From Amoebidium appalachense (Eukaryota > Protista > Ichthyosporea), in contig CAVNZM010000007.1 of the NCBI GenBank assembly GCA_963693365.1, positions 11,095,962 through 11,159,961 on the forward strand: a stretch of DNA of 64,000 bases, given 5' to 3'. The notes below the pieces were generated by a model that worked only from the letters and a program-made list of their open reading frames with translations, had not been told where the DNA came from and searched no databases. Below are positions 11,219 to 28,279 of the stretch, one piece after another. Every line of letters starts with the position of its first letter. The first letter of the stretch is position 1. The translations under genes and the position numbers were made by a program.

Positions 11219-12486
11219 ATGGCCGCCCCACAAGAAGGCGGGCCGGCTGGCAGCCGCCTGATGATCAGCAAAATGGAGCTGGTGAACTTCAAGAGCTATG
11301 CTGGACGCATTGAGATTGGGCCGCTTCATAAGGTGACACACACTTCCCCTTCTCTACCCCCCTCCCTGTCCTGTTTGTCTGGTTCCTGCTGACTTTTCCC
11401 CCCTTGCAGAGCTTTTCAGCTGTGGTGGGCCCTAACGGCAGCGGCAAATCAAATGTCATAGATGCCATGTTGTTTGTGTTTGGTTTTCGCGCACGGGCCA
11501 TTCGTCAGAAGAAGCTCTCGGAGCTGATCCACAACTCTGAAAAGCACCAGAACGTGGAGAGCTGTGAGGTTACCATCCACTTCCAGCTGATAGTTGACAA
11601 GGTGGGCTGTGTTTCTTGTTTAGCGGCAGTAGCCAGGTCACACGCGAAGGGAGAAGCACACACCACAGCGTTGCATAAATGAGCCTGCACTTGCACTCGT
11701 GTACGCAACACTGCATGAAGATTTTACAAGCAAACTCAGTTATGCATGATGTCACTTAAAGGAACATGCAGGAAACTTGCACAAACCAAACACGAGTTCT
11801 AAAAGGTCCGAACGTGCAAGTACTATCACTATACACATGCATGTTTTATGCCTCTGAGCGCTTTCCCCTTACAGAGAGTTGAGTTTTATAATTGGCAGAC
11901 AGGAAGCTGTGAAGAATGCTGTGTTTGCATGAGTGGGAGGAAGGAGGCCGTGAGCAGGGCAAGAATATGTGGCCCGTGTTATGCACGTTCAGCCAGTGGG
12001 GTCTGAAGGGGCAGGGATATAAGCAGGCAGGCCAGCACAGGGCCCACAGACACAATTTTACCTAGACTGTTTCATGTGTCCGAGTTTGCCCCGTGTGCTT
12101 CACAGGCATGCACGGGGACACTTGGGTTCACACGGCAGCACAACAACACACACACACACACCCCAGCACAAACAGTGCTATGCTAAATATAGCCACGTTT
12201 CACGAGCCCCACTCTGCCTGTCCCTGTGCCTTCCAGGCCCCTTTTGTGTGGCGCTGACTGTGTGTTTGCAGGAGGGGGACGACTACGAGGTGGTTGCAGG
12301 CAGCCAGTTCACGGTCACACGCAGGGCCGACCGACGCAACAACAGCACGTACCTGCTGGACGGCAGGGTGGCCAAGCTGGACGAGGTCACGGCACTGCTC
12401 AAGGGCAAGGGCATCGACCTGGTCCACAACAGGTTCCTGATCCTGCAGGTGCGCCAAAGGCTTTGCATGTGCTAAGGGTGTGTGTG

Positions 12487-12534
<48 letters not shown>

Positions 12535-14546
12535 ATTGTGTGCTTGCGGATGCTTGGGGGTGTGCTTGTGCGGGTGTGCAGGGGGTAGGGTGGTGTGTGT
12601 GGGCGGTGTGGGTGCTTGTTGTTTGTCGTGGTGTGGTGGTGGTGGTGGTAGGTGGGTGGGTTGGTGAATGTGTGTGTGGGGGAGGGGGTGGGGGTGGGCG
12701 AGCGGGGAGGGGATGCTCTGTGAGTTACTTCACCGAAGATCGGTGTGCTGGTTTCTCGTCGGGGTGTGGGTGCTTTAGTTTGTTAGGGAGGGAAGGAAGT
12801 GCTGGAATAAGGTATGTGGTATGGAGATTACATCGTGTTGGTTTGAACGAAAATGTTTATCTTTCTATTTTTCTTTTTGTTCGGGGAGGGAGGTGGGTGG
12901 GTGGGTGGGTGGGTGGGTGGTTGGGGGGGGGGAGGGGGGGGAGGGGGGAAGCTTGGAAACTGGTTGGTTTGTTGGAGAGGTGTGGTGGTGAGGGGTACCC
13001 CTGTATGTGTCGTGAACGGACATGCCTGTTTACTGTTTTACAGTACAAGTGGTATAATGAGTTAGATGCTTTATTAGACGAGATAAGAGGTGGTCTGTGA
13101 TGAAGTCGACGTCATTGGGGCATGAGAGAATAAGGGGAGGGGAGTTGGGAACGGGATAAAGTCACGAGCACAGGGATGAGTGTGCCTGTGTGGGGGGGCT
13201 GGGAGAGAGGGTCCAGGCAGGTGGCTGACCGGGAGGGCAGGGAGAGGTGGAGAGCATTGCCATGATGAAGCCCAAGGCCGGGGATGGGGAGGAGGACGGG
13301 CTGCTGGAGTATCTGGAGGATCTGATTGGCTCCAACCAGTTCAAGGACCCCATCGCCGCCGTTCTGGCAGAGGTCGAGCGTCTGACGGAGGACAGGGCGG
13401 TACGTGCCTGCATGTCTGCTTGCCTGCCTGCGTGCATGCCTGCCTGTCTGCTTGCCTGCCTGCATGCCTGCAAGCATGCATGTGTGCCTGCGTGCATGCC
13501 TGCCTGTCCTGCCTTTTGCATGGTAGCCACTGACGGGGGCTGCAGGAGAAAATGAACCGGCTGAAGCTTGCAGCCAAGGAGAAGTCACGGCTGCAGCCCA
13601 TGCGGGATGAGGCCGTGACATATCTGCGCACAGAAAACGACCTGGTGCGCGCCAAGAACAAGACCCTGCAGGTGCGTGCATTTAAGGGGGATGGGGTAGG
13701 ATGCGGGCATGTGCTGAGGGGGTGGGGTAGCATGGGGCCATGTGCTGAGGGGGTGTGCATGCAAGGGGGGTGGGGTAGCATGTGGCATGTGCTTAGGGGG
13801 TGGGGTAGCATGGGGGCATCTGCTGATGGTGCGTGCATTTAAGGGGGGTGTTTTAGCATGGGGGCAATTTAGGGGGGTGTTTTAGCATGGGGGCAATTTA
13901 GGGGGGTGTTTTAGCACGGGGGCAATTTAGGGGGGTGTTTTAGCATGGGGGCATTTTAGGGGGGTATTTTAGCATGGGGGCATTTTAGGGGGTGTTTTAG
14001 AATGGAGGCATTTTTTTTGGGGGGGGGGGGGGGTTAGCATGGGGGCATGTGCTGAGAGGGTGTGCAGGCCGAGAAGCACAAGGCCCAGGGGCGAGTGGCT
14101 GAGCTGCAGAAGGAGGTGGGGGAGAAGAGCGAGCAGCTGAAGGAGAGGCAGGAGGCTATGAAGGGCCACGAGGCAGAGCTCAAGGATGTGGAGAAGAGAC
14201 ACAACAAGTGGGTGCATGCACACGCACACATGCACACGCACACACACCCACATGCCATGTGACGTGCACACACATGCACAAGCAAATGTACATGAACACA
14301 TACTAGCACACCCACACACACACAAACACACACACACACACACACACGTGCGCATAGACCCACTCACCCACACACATGTACACACACACACACATGTGCG
14401 CATGCGTATGCACACACATGCACAAGCAAATGTATCTGAACACCTTGTACACATACTAGAGCACACACACCCACATGAACATACACACATGTGCACACCC
14501 ACACACACACATGCACATGCACACACACAAACACACAACCCTGCAC

Positions 14547-14627
<81 letters not shown>

Positions 14628-16765
14628 CGGATAGTCATTGACCTAACGATGTTGCAGAGAGCGCAAGGAGTACGAGAGGCTGTGCGATGCGCTTGAGAAG
14701 GCTCGTGAGCAGTTTGCAGCGGTGGAGCGTCTGGACGTGCAGCTGTGCGAGAACAGGAAGCACAGCCGGGCCAGCAAGAAGAAGCTGGACAGGCAGCTGG
14801 AGGCCCTGCAGGCCGACATGGTGGCCACCCAGCAGGCACTGGCTACGGCCACAGACGACGAGCAGCGCTATGCAAGGGAGATAGACGATCTGCGCAAGGC
14901 CCTGGTGCGTGGAGGGCGAGGGTGGGATGGGGGGGGGGGGGGGGGGCACGTGCTGATTGGGTGTGTGGACAGGCCACGGAGGAGGAGAAGCTGGCCGTGA
15001 TCGAGGACAGTCTGCGGGGGGAGACGGCGGGGGTGCAGGCTGAGCTGGAGGCACGGCAGAAGGAGCTACAGCCCTGGGCCACTGAGGCCAACCGCCTGCA
15101 GGCTGAGGCAGACCTGGCCCAGAGCGAGATAGATGTTGTCACTAGCCGCTGCAGACAGGTATGCATGCCTGCACGTGTGTGTGCTTCGTCCGCCTGCATG
15201 CCTGGGTGTGCCTGCACGTGTGTGTGCTTCGTCCGCCTGCATGCCTGGGTGTGCCTGCACGTGTGTGTGCTTCGTCCGCCTGCATGCCTGGGTGTGCCTG
15301 CACGTGTGCGTGCTTCGTCCGCCTCCATGCCTGGGTGTGCCTGCACGTGTGTGTGCTTCGTCCGCCTGCATGCCTGTGTGTGCCTGCACGTGTGGGTGCT
15401 TCGTCTGCCTGCATGCCTGGGTGTGCCTGCACGTGTGTGTGCTTCGTTCGCCTGCATGCCTGGGTGTGCCTGCACGTGTGTGTGCTTCGTCCGCCTGCAT
15501 GTGTGTGTGCTTGTCTGCCTGCACGTTTGAGTGTTGGGGGCGCTTGCAAAGAAATATTAACGATGTACTGTTGCTGTGTGTGCTTGGTGTGCCTGCTCGT
15601 GTGTGCCTGTGCCACTGTGGGTATGGCATGCCTTTTCGGATAGCCAGGGAGGTTGCAGCAGGACATACAGATTGCAGGCATGCATATTTGCTTGTCTCGT
15701 GTGTGTGGCCATGTGCCGCCCCAGATGCCGAGAACAAGGATCATGCTCCCGTGTGCATCTGTGCAGCAGCCTGCACATGCATTCATGGGGCCTGTGTTTC
15801 AAGTAGTCGTGCATGCATGCATGGCTAGTGGGGTCTGTGCTGGTGCATGCATGCATGGGGTAGCTGGTGGTGTGGGGGTACGGGTGAATACGTGGATATG
15901 CTCGGCATGTAGCAACTCACCTGCCGGCGTGTGTGTGAGGGGGCTGGGGTGGGGGGTGGGGGGGGGGGGGGGGGGGGGAGTGCTGTGTGCAGTGGGGCTG
16001 ACCGTACACGTGCAGGCGCAACAGCAGCTGGAGGAGGCCCAGGCCGGGCACCAGCGTGCAGTGGACACACTCAGCCAGCGCAGTGGCGAGTGCAAGGCCC
16101 TGGGCAAGAGGCTGCAGCAGGTCACCTCTGAGCTGCAGCGCGCCAATGCAGACCTGCAGGAGATCGAGGCCAAGGAGCGCAGCGCAGGCGGGGGGTGCAG
16201 GCCAGGCGGGCTAAGGTTGAGGAGTACAGGGCCAGCCTGCAGGCATCAAGGTCAAAGAACGCCGTGCTAGATGCCCTCATGAGGGAGAAGGTGTGTGTGT
16301 ATGTGGTGGTGGGGGGGGGGGGGTCTTGGGTGTGGCCAGAACTGAGACCGTGTGTGTGTGTGTGGGGGGGGGGCTGTTGGGAATTTTTTCTTGTGAGGGG
16401 TTGGGACTACTCGGTGTGTTGTGGCAGGGCGAAGAGGAGTGGGGGCTGGCTGGGTGCCCGTGGGGGGTCAGACAGGCAGGGGGAAGGCTTCGTTGGGTTT
16501 GGATTGGTTGCCGGATACCAGGGTAGTAGGCACGGGGGCGCCTGGCTTGTGGGGTGGGCACAGTGAGGCAGATAGGTGGCTGTGTGGTTGCAGGTGGGTG
16601 CTGACCGTGGGTTGCAGAGGGAGGGCCGGCTCTCAGGGATCTACGGGCGGCTGGGCAGCCTGGGCACGATCGAGGGCAAGTACGATGTGGCCGTGACCAC
16701 GGCATGCGGTGCCCTCAACAACATAGTGGTGGACACCGTACAGACAGGCGAGAAGTGCGTGCACC

Positions 16766-16829
<64 letters not shown>

Positions 16830-19800
16830 TGGTTGCTCATGTAGGCACTAGGTGTGTGAGGAAGTAGGCGGGGGAGGGGGGGGGGGGGGGGAAGGGGCAT
16901 GGATGCTAAGACATGCAATAGGCTTGTGAGGAAGGGAGCGGGGAGGGGGGGCGGATGGTTGCTCATGCAGGCCCTAGGTGTGTGAGGAAGGAAGGGGGGG
17001 GAGGGGAAGGGGAGGGGCGGGCATGGTTGCTCATGCAGGCACTAGGTGTGTGAGGAAGGAAGAGGGGGGGGGGGGGGGGGGGGCGGGCATGGTTGCTCAT
17101 GCAGGCACTAGGTGTGTGAGGAAGGAAGAGGGGGGGGGGGGGGGGGGCATGGTTGCTCATGCAGGCTCTAGGTGTGTGAGAAAGAGAGAGGGGGCAGGTG
17201 GGGTTGGGGGGGGAGGAAGGGAACATGGATGCTGACACATTGAGTAGGTGTGTTGAGTTCCTGCGGCGGCACAATGTTGGGCGGGCCACGTTCATCATGC
17301 TGGACAAGATCCAGGACCTGGCCCAGAAGATGTGCCAGCCCTTCAAAGGCCCAGAGGGTGCACCCCGCCTGTTCGACCTCATCACTCCAAGGGACGACAA
17401 GTTCAGGGTGGCCTTCTATCACGCCCTAAGAGACACCCTGGTGGCAAAGGGTAAGGCCCGTCTTTGCCTGTGCACGTGCATGCCTGTCCCTGCCTGTGCA
17501 CATGCGCCACCACCCACCCACACGTGCATGCCTGTCCCTGCCTGTGCACGTGCATGGTGCGGCCTATTGACACTTGGGGCAGACCTTGCGCAGGCCACCC
17601 GGCTGGCCAATGCCGGGCAGGGGGGGCGGCTCAACCGGGTGGTGTCCCTCAACGGCGAGCTGATTGAGAGCAGCGGCACAATGTCGGGCGGTGGCACAAA
17701 GTGCGTGCGGGGGGAAGGCGGGCGGGAGGGTGGGTTGGGGGAGGATGTTGCTAAGTGTTTGGGTGCAGGCGCATGAGTGGGGGCATGACGGACAAAGTGG
17801 TGGATGACAGCGTCACAGCCGCAGACCTGGAGAAGGAGGAGCAGGCCCTGCAGGTGAATAGGAGGGGGGGGGGCGAGGGGGGGGGGCAGTGTGGTGTTGC
17901 AGCGTGGTGGGGTAGTGCCGTGTGGTGGGGTGGGGGGGTGCATGGGTTGGGAGGGGGGGTGCAGTGTGGTGGCTGTACAGTGGTGCAGTGGCGTGGGGTT
18001 CATGCTGATTGTTGTGTGGTGCAGCAAATGGAGGGTGACGTAGCAGCCACGCGGCAGCAGAAGGAGCAGCTGCAGGCCAGCATCAAGGCCCTGACCGTAC
18101 GTGCGCCCTGGCTGGCTGGGGGGCGGTATTGGTAGTGGGCTGGTGCTGATTGGGGGGCACAGGACGAGCAGCAAGACATCGAGGGCAGGCTGCAGCGCTA
18201 TGCCATGGACCAGACTGCCGCACAGCAGCAGGTAGGAGCATAGCCACAGGCAGGCAGACAGGCATGGGTACACATATGCACACGCAGGCATGCACGTGCA
18301 TACACACACATACACAGGCATGCGTGATTATGCACGCAGACACAGGTATACATGCACATATACACACACAAAGGCATAAAACGCACATACATTCACGCAC
18401 ACACACAGGCAAACACACATGCATTGGCACATACACACACAGGCATACATGCATATGAACGCACACACAGGATTACATTCATATGCACACACACAAAGGC
18501 ATAGAAACACACATACATTCACACACATGCACAGGCAAACACACACGTATCGGCACCTGCATACACAGGAATGCATGCATATGCAGACACGAACACGGCC
18601 CAACCTCCCCCCACACACGTGCATATGTGCACGCACACAGGATACGTGCACACAGACCCATACATGCACATTCAAACACACACCAGGCACACACAGACCC
18701 ATACATGCATATTCAAACACACACCAGGCACACATGCAGCCACCACATGTACACACACATGCGCACAAGGCACTTTCAATGCATGTGCCCACCACCCCCA
18801 GCATCCCCCATGTACACACATTGGCTGCATGTCTGGTTGCTGACCAGAGCCCAATCAGATCGAGGAGTTTGCTGCCCGCATCAAGGCTCTCAAGTACGTG
18901 CACTGGCCCTGCTGGGGGGGGGGGGGGGGGGGGGGGGGGTTGCTGACGGGGATGGGATGCAGGGGGCAGACACAGATGACGGCTGAGGAAAAGGCCCGGG
19001 AGGCAGAGCTCACAAAGCAGGTGGGTGGCTGGACATGCATGCGCGTGCCTGGGTGGTGGTGGATGCTGGGTGGCTGATAGTGTACTGCAGATCGGGCTCA
19101 ATGCCAAGGCGCGGGGCAAGGCCAAGGCCAGCGTGGCCGAGCTGCAGGGGGACATCAAGCGGCTGCAGGACAAGATCCTCGACATAGGCGGCATCCGCCT
19201 CAAGACCCAGAAGGCAAAGGTGCGTGTGTGGGTGTGGGTGTGGGTGGGTTGGTGTGGGTGTGCATGCGCGCGCGCGCGTGTGTGTGCTGACGGGCAGTGC
19301 AGGTTGAGGGAGCGCAGCAGCAGATCGACCTCAACGAGCAGGGCCGGGCCAAGGCGCAGGTCGGCATAGCGTCAGGCAACAGCAAAGTTGCCGAGCTGCA
19401 GAAGAGGAGGGGCCGGCTGCAGGGGGAGCAGGCCAAGGTGGCTGAGCGGCTGGCCGGCATCGAGCAGGAGATAGCGGGGCTGGACGAGGACGGCAAGAAG
19501 GCGCTGGCGGCCATCAGCGAGGTGCAGGGGCACAAGGAGGGCAAGGAGGAGCTGCTGGCCCAGCTGGATGCCAGCCACCAAGCGCTCAAGCAGCAGGTGG
19601 CCACCATGCGGCTGGGCCACGTGGACCTGCAGAAGGCACTGGACGACATGGCTAATGCCCTCAAGGAGGCTACGGCCAGGCTTGCAGACTGTGACAGGGC
19701 ACTGGCCGCACTGCGCCTGCAGCAAGTCGACGGGGATAAGGAGCCTGAGCCCCTGCAGGTAGCAAAAGGGGGTGGTGGAAGGATCAGGGGGGGGGGGGGG

Positions 19801-20841
19801 GGGGGGGGGGGGTGCTGATCAGGGGAAGGGAGGGATCGAGGACATGGGAGGGAGTGGGCTGCTGATTGTGGGGGGTGTGAGGAGGGGAATTTGGGATGCA
19901 GGACTAGGGGAGGTGGGGCAATGCCGATGCAGGGCAGGGCGGTAACCAAGGACTAGTTAAGGAGTGTTGTGCTGATTTGTGTGGGTGGGGCACAGGAGTA
20001 CAGCAGCGAGGAGCTGGAGAGTCTGGACAGGCAGGCACTGGTCTATGAGATGGAGGTGCTGAAGACACAGCTGGGCCAGCAGCGCCCTAACATGGCCGCA
20101 ATAGCAGGTGCATGCTCACACCTTAAATGGAACATGCATGGGTATCCAGGCACACATGTGTGGACAGATGCACACACATACACATACATCTACCTGCCTG
20201 GTATAGGTTCGTGCTTTGTGCCTGTATACTTGCTCGCGAATACACACACAGTTGCATACAGTTAAGACATGCACGTGCATACAAACACACATCCCTGTAC
20301 ACATGCACACGCATACACACACATGCCTATGCCCGTACACATGCACACGCATACACACACATGCCTATGCCCGTACACATGCACACGCATACACACACAT
20401 GCCTATGCCCGTACACATGCACACGCATACACACACATGCCTATGCCCGTACACATGCACACGCATACACACACACGCCTATGCCCGTACACATGCACAC
20501 GCATACACACAAATGCCTATGCCCGTACACATGCACGCGCATACACACACACGCCTATGCCCGTACACATGCACACGCATACACACACACGCCTATGCCC
20601 GTACACATGCACACGCATACACACACATGCCTATGCCCGTACGCGTGCAGGTGCTGACCTGTGCTGCAGAGTTCAACCGCAAGGCCAAGGACTACGATGC
20701 ACGGCAGGCGGAGTTTGACAGTGTCAGTGAGGCCAGGGAGGCTGCAAAGGCCACCCACGAGGGTTTGCGCAAACAGCGGCTAGATATGTTCATGGAGGGC
20801 TTTGGCGCCATCACCCTCAAGCTCAAGGAGATGTACCAGGT

Positions 20842-20874
<33 letters not shown>

Positions 20875-21211
20875 CTGTACCGCGTGTATTTTTGGGGGTG
20901 GGGGGGGGGGGGGGATTCCAGATGGCTAATAAATGGTTTGGGGGGGGGGGGGGGGGGCTGTAGCAGGTGTCAAAAGAACGGAAGGGGCTGAATCAGCCGC
21001 TAAAGGGAGGAAGAGGGGATGTAGGAGTATGACATGTTGATAGCAAGCAGGGCTGTGAGCTGACTGGTGGGGCAGATGATCACGCTGGGCGGAGATGCGG
21101 AGCTGGAGCTGGTCGACAGTCTGGACCCCTTCAGTGAGGGCATAGTCTTCAGTGTGCGCCCCCCAAAGAAGAGCTGGAAGAACATTGCAAACCTCTCGGG
21201 CGGAGAGAAGG

Positions 21212-21258
<47 letters not shown>

Positions 21259-21279
21259 CTGTGTGTGTGCGCCTGTGTG

Positions 21280-21361
<82 letters not shown>

Positions 21362-22061
21362 TGTGTATGTGTGTGTATGTGTGTGGTGTGTTCACGCTAC
21401 ATGTGTGTCAATGGCATGGTTATAACGCTATGGGTCTGCAGACGCTGAGCTCCCTTGCGCTTGTGTTTGCGCTGCACCACTACAAGCCCACCCCCCTGTA
21501 CGTCATGGACGAGATCGATGCCGCATTGGACTTCCGCAACGTCTCCATCGTGGCAAACTACATCAAGGTGCGTGATTTTGGGGGGGGGGGGGGGGGGGGG
21601 GGGGAGGGGCATAATAGTGTTTCGGACTGGCTGAATTTGTAGCGATATTATCACCCCAAAAAGCGCTTCTTTGGTCGTAGACTGTATATTTGCTGAAAGC
21701 TTATCATTCTTACTAAATTGTTTGGTGGAAATAATAGTCCTGCATCGAGCGCTGCAGCCAAAACAATTAGCCGGCAAGGTGACAAAACTAACTTTTATGG
21801 TTAGACACCTGCCAAAAATGGGGCGTAGAAATTGGCTAATTATGATTGGATAACATCTACCATCATGCTGGGGGTGGATGTGTGTGGACACTAACGGGGT
21901 GGGGGGAGCAGGAGCGCACACGCAATGCGCAGTTTGTGATCATCAGCCTGCGCAACAACATGTTCGAGCTGGCTGACCGGCTGGTGGGCATCTACAAGAC
22001 CGACAACCAGACAAAGGCCGTGGCTATCACCCCCGCAGCAATGGCCATGCACGTGCAGTAG
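11219..22061 (+). CDS. SMC4: Structural maintenance of chromosomes protein 4 (condensin subunit), 24 exons
   Basis: Motifs: NFKSYAG, Walker [35 protein letters not shown], hinge [10 protein letters not shown] / [10 protein letters not shown] / [51 protein letters not shown], Walker [33 protein letters not shown]. Exons: 11219-11332, 11410-11601, 12272-12448, 13241-13399, 13546-13671, 14068-14207, 14658-14904, 14973-15158, 16016-16290, 16618-16754, 17248-17450, 17583-17700, 17769-17853, 18025-18096, 18163-18231, 18859-18893, 18963-19020, 19091-19219, 19303-19758, 19996-20107, 20670-20839, 21076-21210, 21442-21567, 21912-22061. One apparent 1-nt frameshift in a G run near 16190. Confidence 0.96.
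13700..14060. repeat. Intronic degenerate G-rich tandem repeats (tagcatgggggc...aggggggtg)
   Basis: About 30-bp units fill SMC4 intron 5. Confidence 0.8.
15165..15530. repeat. Intronic 43-bp minisatellite, ~8 copies
   Basis: Unit gcctgcacgtgtgtgtgcttcgtccgcctgcatgcctgggtgt, starting just after the intron 8 donor. Confidence 0.9.
16828..17247 (+). repeat. Intronic repeat of acceptor-like units separated by G runs
   Basis: Six units like catggttgctcatgcaggcactaggtgtgtgaggaag precede the real acceptor catggatgctgacacattgagtag|gtgtgttgag. Confidence 0.85.
20296..20642. repeat. Intronic 38-bp minisatellite, ~9 copies
   Basis: Unit gcccgtacacatgcacacgcatacacacacatgcctat. Confidence 0.9.
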
Positions 22062-22223
22062 CTGCAGTGGCCATGCACGTGCAGTAGCTGCAGTGGCCAT
22101 GCACGTGCAGTAGCTGCAGTGGCCATGCACGTGCAGTAGCTGCAGTGGCCATGCACGTGCAGTAGCTGAAGTGGCCATGCACGTGCAGTAGCTGCAGTGG
22201 CCATGCACGTGCAGTAGCTGCAG
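22042..22223 (+). repeat. 26-bp tandem repeat, 7 copies, containing the SMC4 stop codon
   Basis: Unit tggccatgcacgtgcagtagctgcag; the first copy encodes the final AMHVQ-TAG. Confidence 0.92.
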
Positions 22224-22577
22224 TTTGGGGGCATGCAGTGCTTCTGTAGAAGCGCCAGCCCGTGTATAGTACTTAGTGTGGGCCAGCATGGCTTGGCTTT
22301 CTTTGTGGCTTATAAGCCAACCATACCCCAATCATAAAACCATACCTCAGGTGTTAGTTTACAATACATATATATACCAGTGGCTCCCGTCCGGATATCG
22401 TATGCACTTATGCCACACGGTTGGGCAGTGGCATGCTGTCACAGTAATAAATCGATTTCATAGGCATTGAATAAAAATTGCTTCTGCAGGTCCCCCCCCC
22501 CCCCCCCCCCCCCCCCAAAGACACACTAACGCAAACACATGATTTTGTTGACAAGCGCACACACACGGGCACACCGT

Positions 22578-22613
<36 letters not shown>

Positions 22614-24017
22614 CATACAGGTACACACACACATACACACACACACAAAATGCACAGACACAACCACACCACGGTGACCACCGCACACACACTCACACAC
22701 ATCAACACACACACAACCAACCACACAGCGTTGCACACGTACGCGCGCGGGCACACACACACACTCTTGAACCCTGCAGCTGGCTGCTACCGTCATGCAC
22801 CTATTTAGCCATGATAGGTCTCCCCGGCCCGGACCTTTCTAGATTCAAGGCCAACACATCGTCACCGTCCGCCCTCTGAGTATTCGTGCGGCATGCCTAC
22901 CTCATGAGTCATATATATATGCATACACGTGCACAAGGCCTCCTACATATTGATCATAATACATGTAATAAATGTAATAGATGTGTAAACTAAGGCCTTA
23001 TTTGGTTGCAACGAGCAGGTAATCAGCACAGCAGCAGCTTAGCACCTTATTGTTTTCAATCTTTTCAAGCTATATTCCTACATATTAGCCTAATCGCATG
23101 TATTGAATTAGTTCAAGATCACACATTGTTTTGATCGGCACACAGCAAGATCCAGCCTATCCATTGGCCACAACATGCAATATGTGATCTGATCAGGGCC
23201 GCCGTGTCATATCTCAGCACTGATCAGCCGCGTGTTGCTTAGAGTGACATATAATTCATCTATAATAGACCACATGAGCTCCTCAACAGTGTAAGATACG
23301 CTGCGTGCACATGTATATATGAACACACATTAGTGCTGGCCAGCCTGGGCCTGGCTGTGCTGTCAGACTCAATTATTGGCGCAACAAAAAGTATTTGCAT
23401 TTCGGATTGGCTGACCGTCATCTTAACGACACCCCCGATATTTTTCATTAGGGGGGCGTTAGCGCAACATAATCTTTTCAAAAAGTGTTTCTTAGAAGTA
23501 GCCCAGTAGCATAGCTGGTGACGAGCCTTCACGTAGGTGCGCACCCGTGTGACAAAGTCCCCCACGGGACTATATTGCAGCGAAAAACCTGCCGGATAGA
23601 CCGTATGTAGGCGTTTAACGTCTTAGCACATGAGAAGGACAAAGTTTTGTACGTGCTATGAATAAATAACAGAGTAACTTTTCTGTGACAGGTAAAGGAG
23701 GCTCTACCATAGAAGGAAAACCCTTCAGGCTGAAACAATTGGGCCTTTATCTTTCGCACTATCTTAGCTAGCGACATTCCTACGCATGCAAAGAGATGCG
23801 TTTTTGCTTTGCAGGGTCAGTCATAATTGTTTTTGCATGACTGGTGCGTTATACCCCAGGGTTGTGGGGGAACCACGTTGGTATGGGCCATTAGATCCGC
23901 AAGATCTGATGAAGCCATGATCACTTGGCTCTCTGGCGCACAGGCACAGAACAGGTCACAGAACACGTCCGCTCACCAGCAACACAGGCCAGCCAGTTCA
24001 ATGCGCCACCCAGCCGC

Positions 24018-27819
<3,802 letters not shown>

Positions 27820-28279
27820 CACCCACAGGCAGCAGCAGTCAGGGGGGGACTGTGGCGGCCATGGGGGCTGTAGGGGGACCTCTCGTATGATCGCTGAAGT
27901 AATGGGCACACACATCACACAAAGCATACATGTCACATAATCAGCATCCACACCATACAGAGCACGTGCATACACACCGTACAGAGCACGTGCACACCAC
28001 GTGGCACCACATAGGCAGCTGGGAGCCAAGTGCTGCACGTTATGTCATTTGCATGACATAACTAGCACGGCCTTTAGTAATATGTCCATATATGGCAGGA
28101 CATGCCATTAACACACATTGTATTGCATGCTTGGCACCCTATGTGTTATTGTGTGAGCCATTACATAGTCTGATACTATCGGTATGGCAGATGATGGCAC
28201 ATGGAAAATGATCAGTATATATTGTGCGAATGTTGCGGTTCAATATCAAGGCACTTGAATGTAATGCACTCCCAACACA

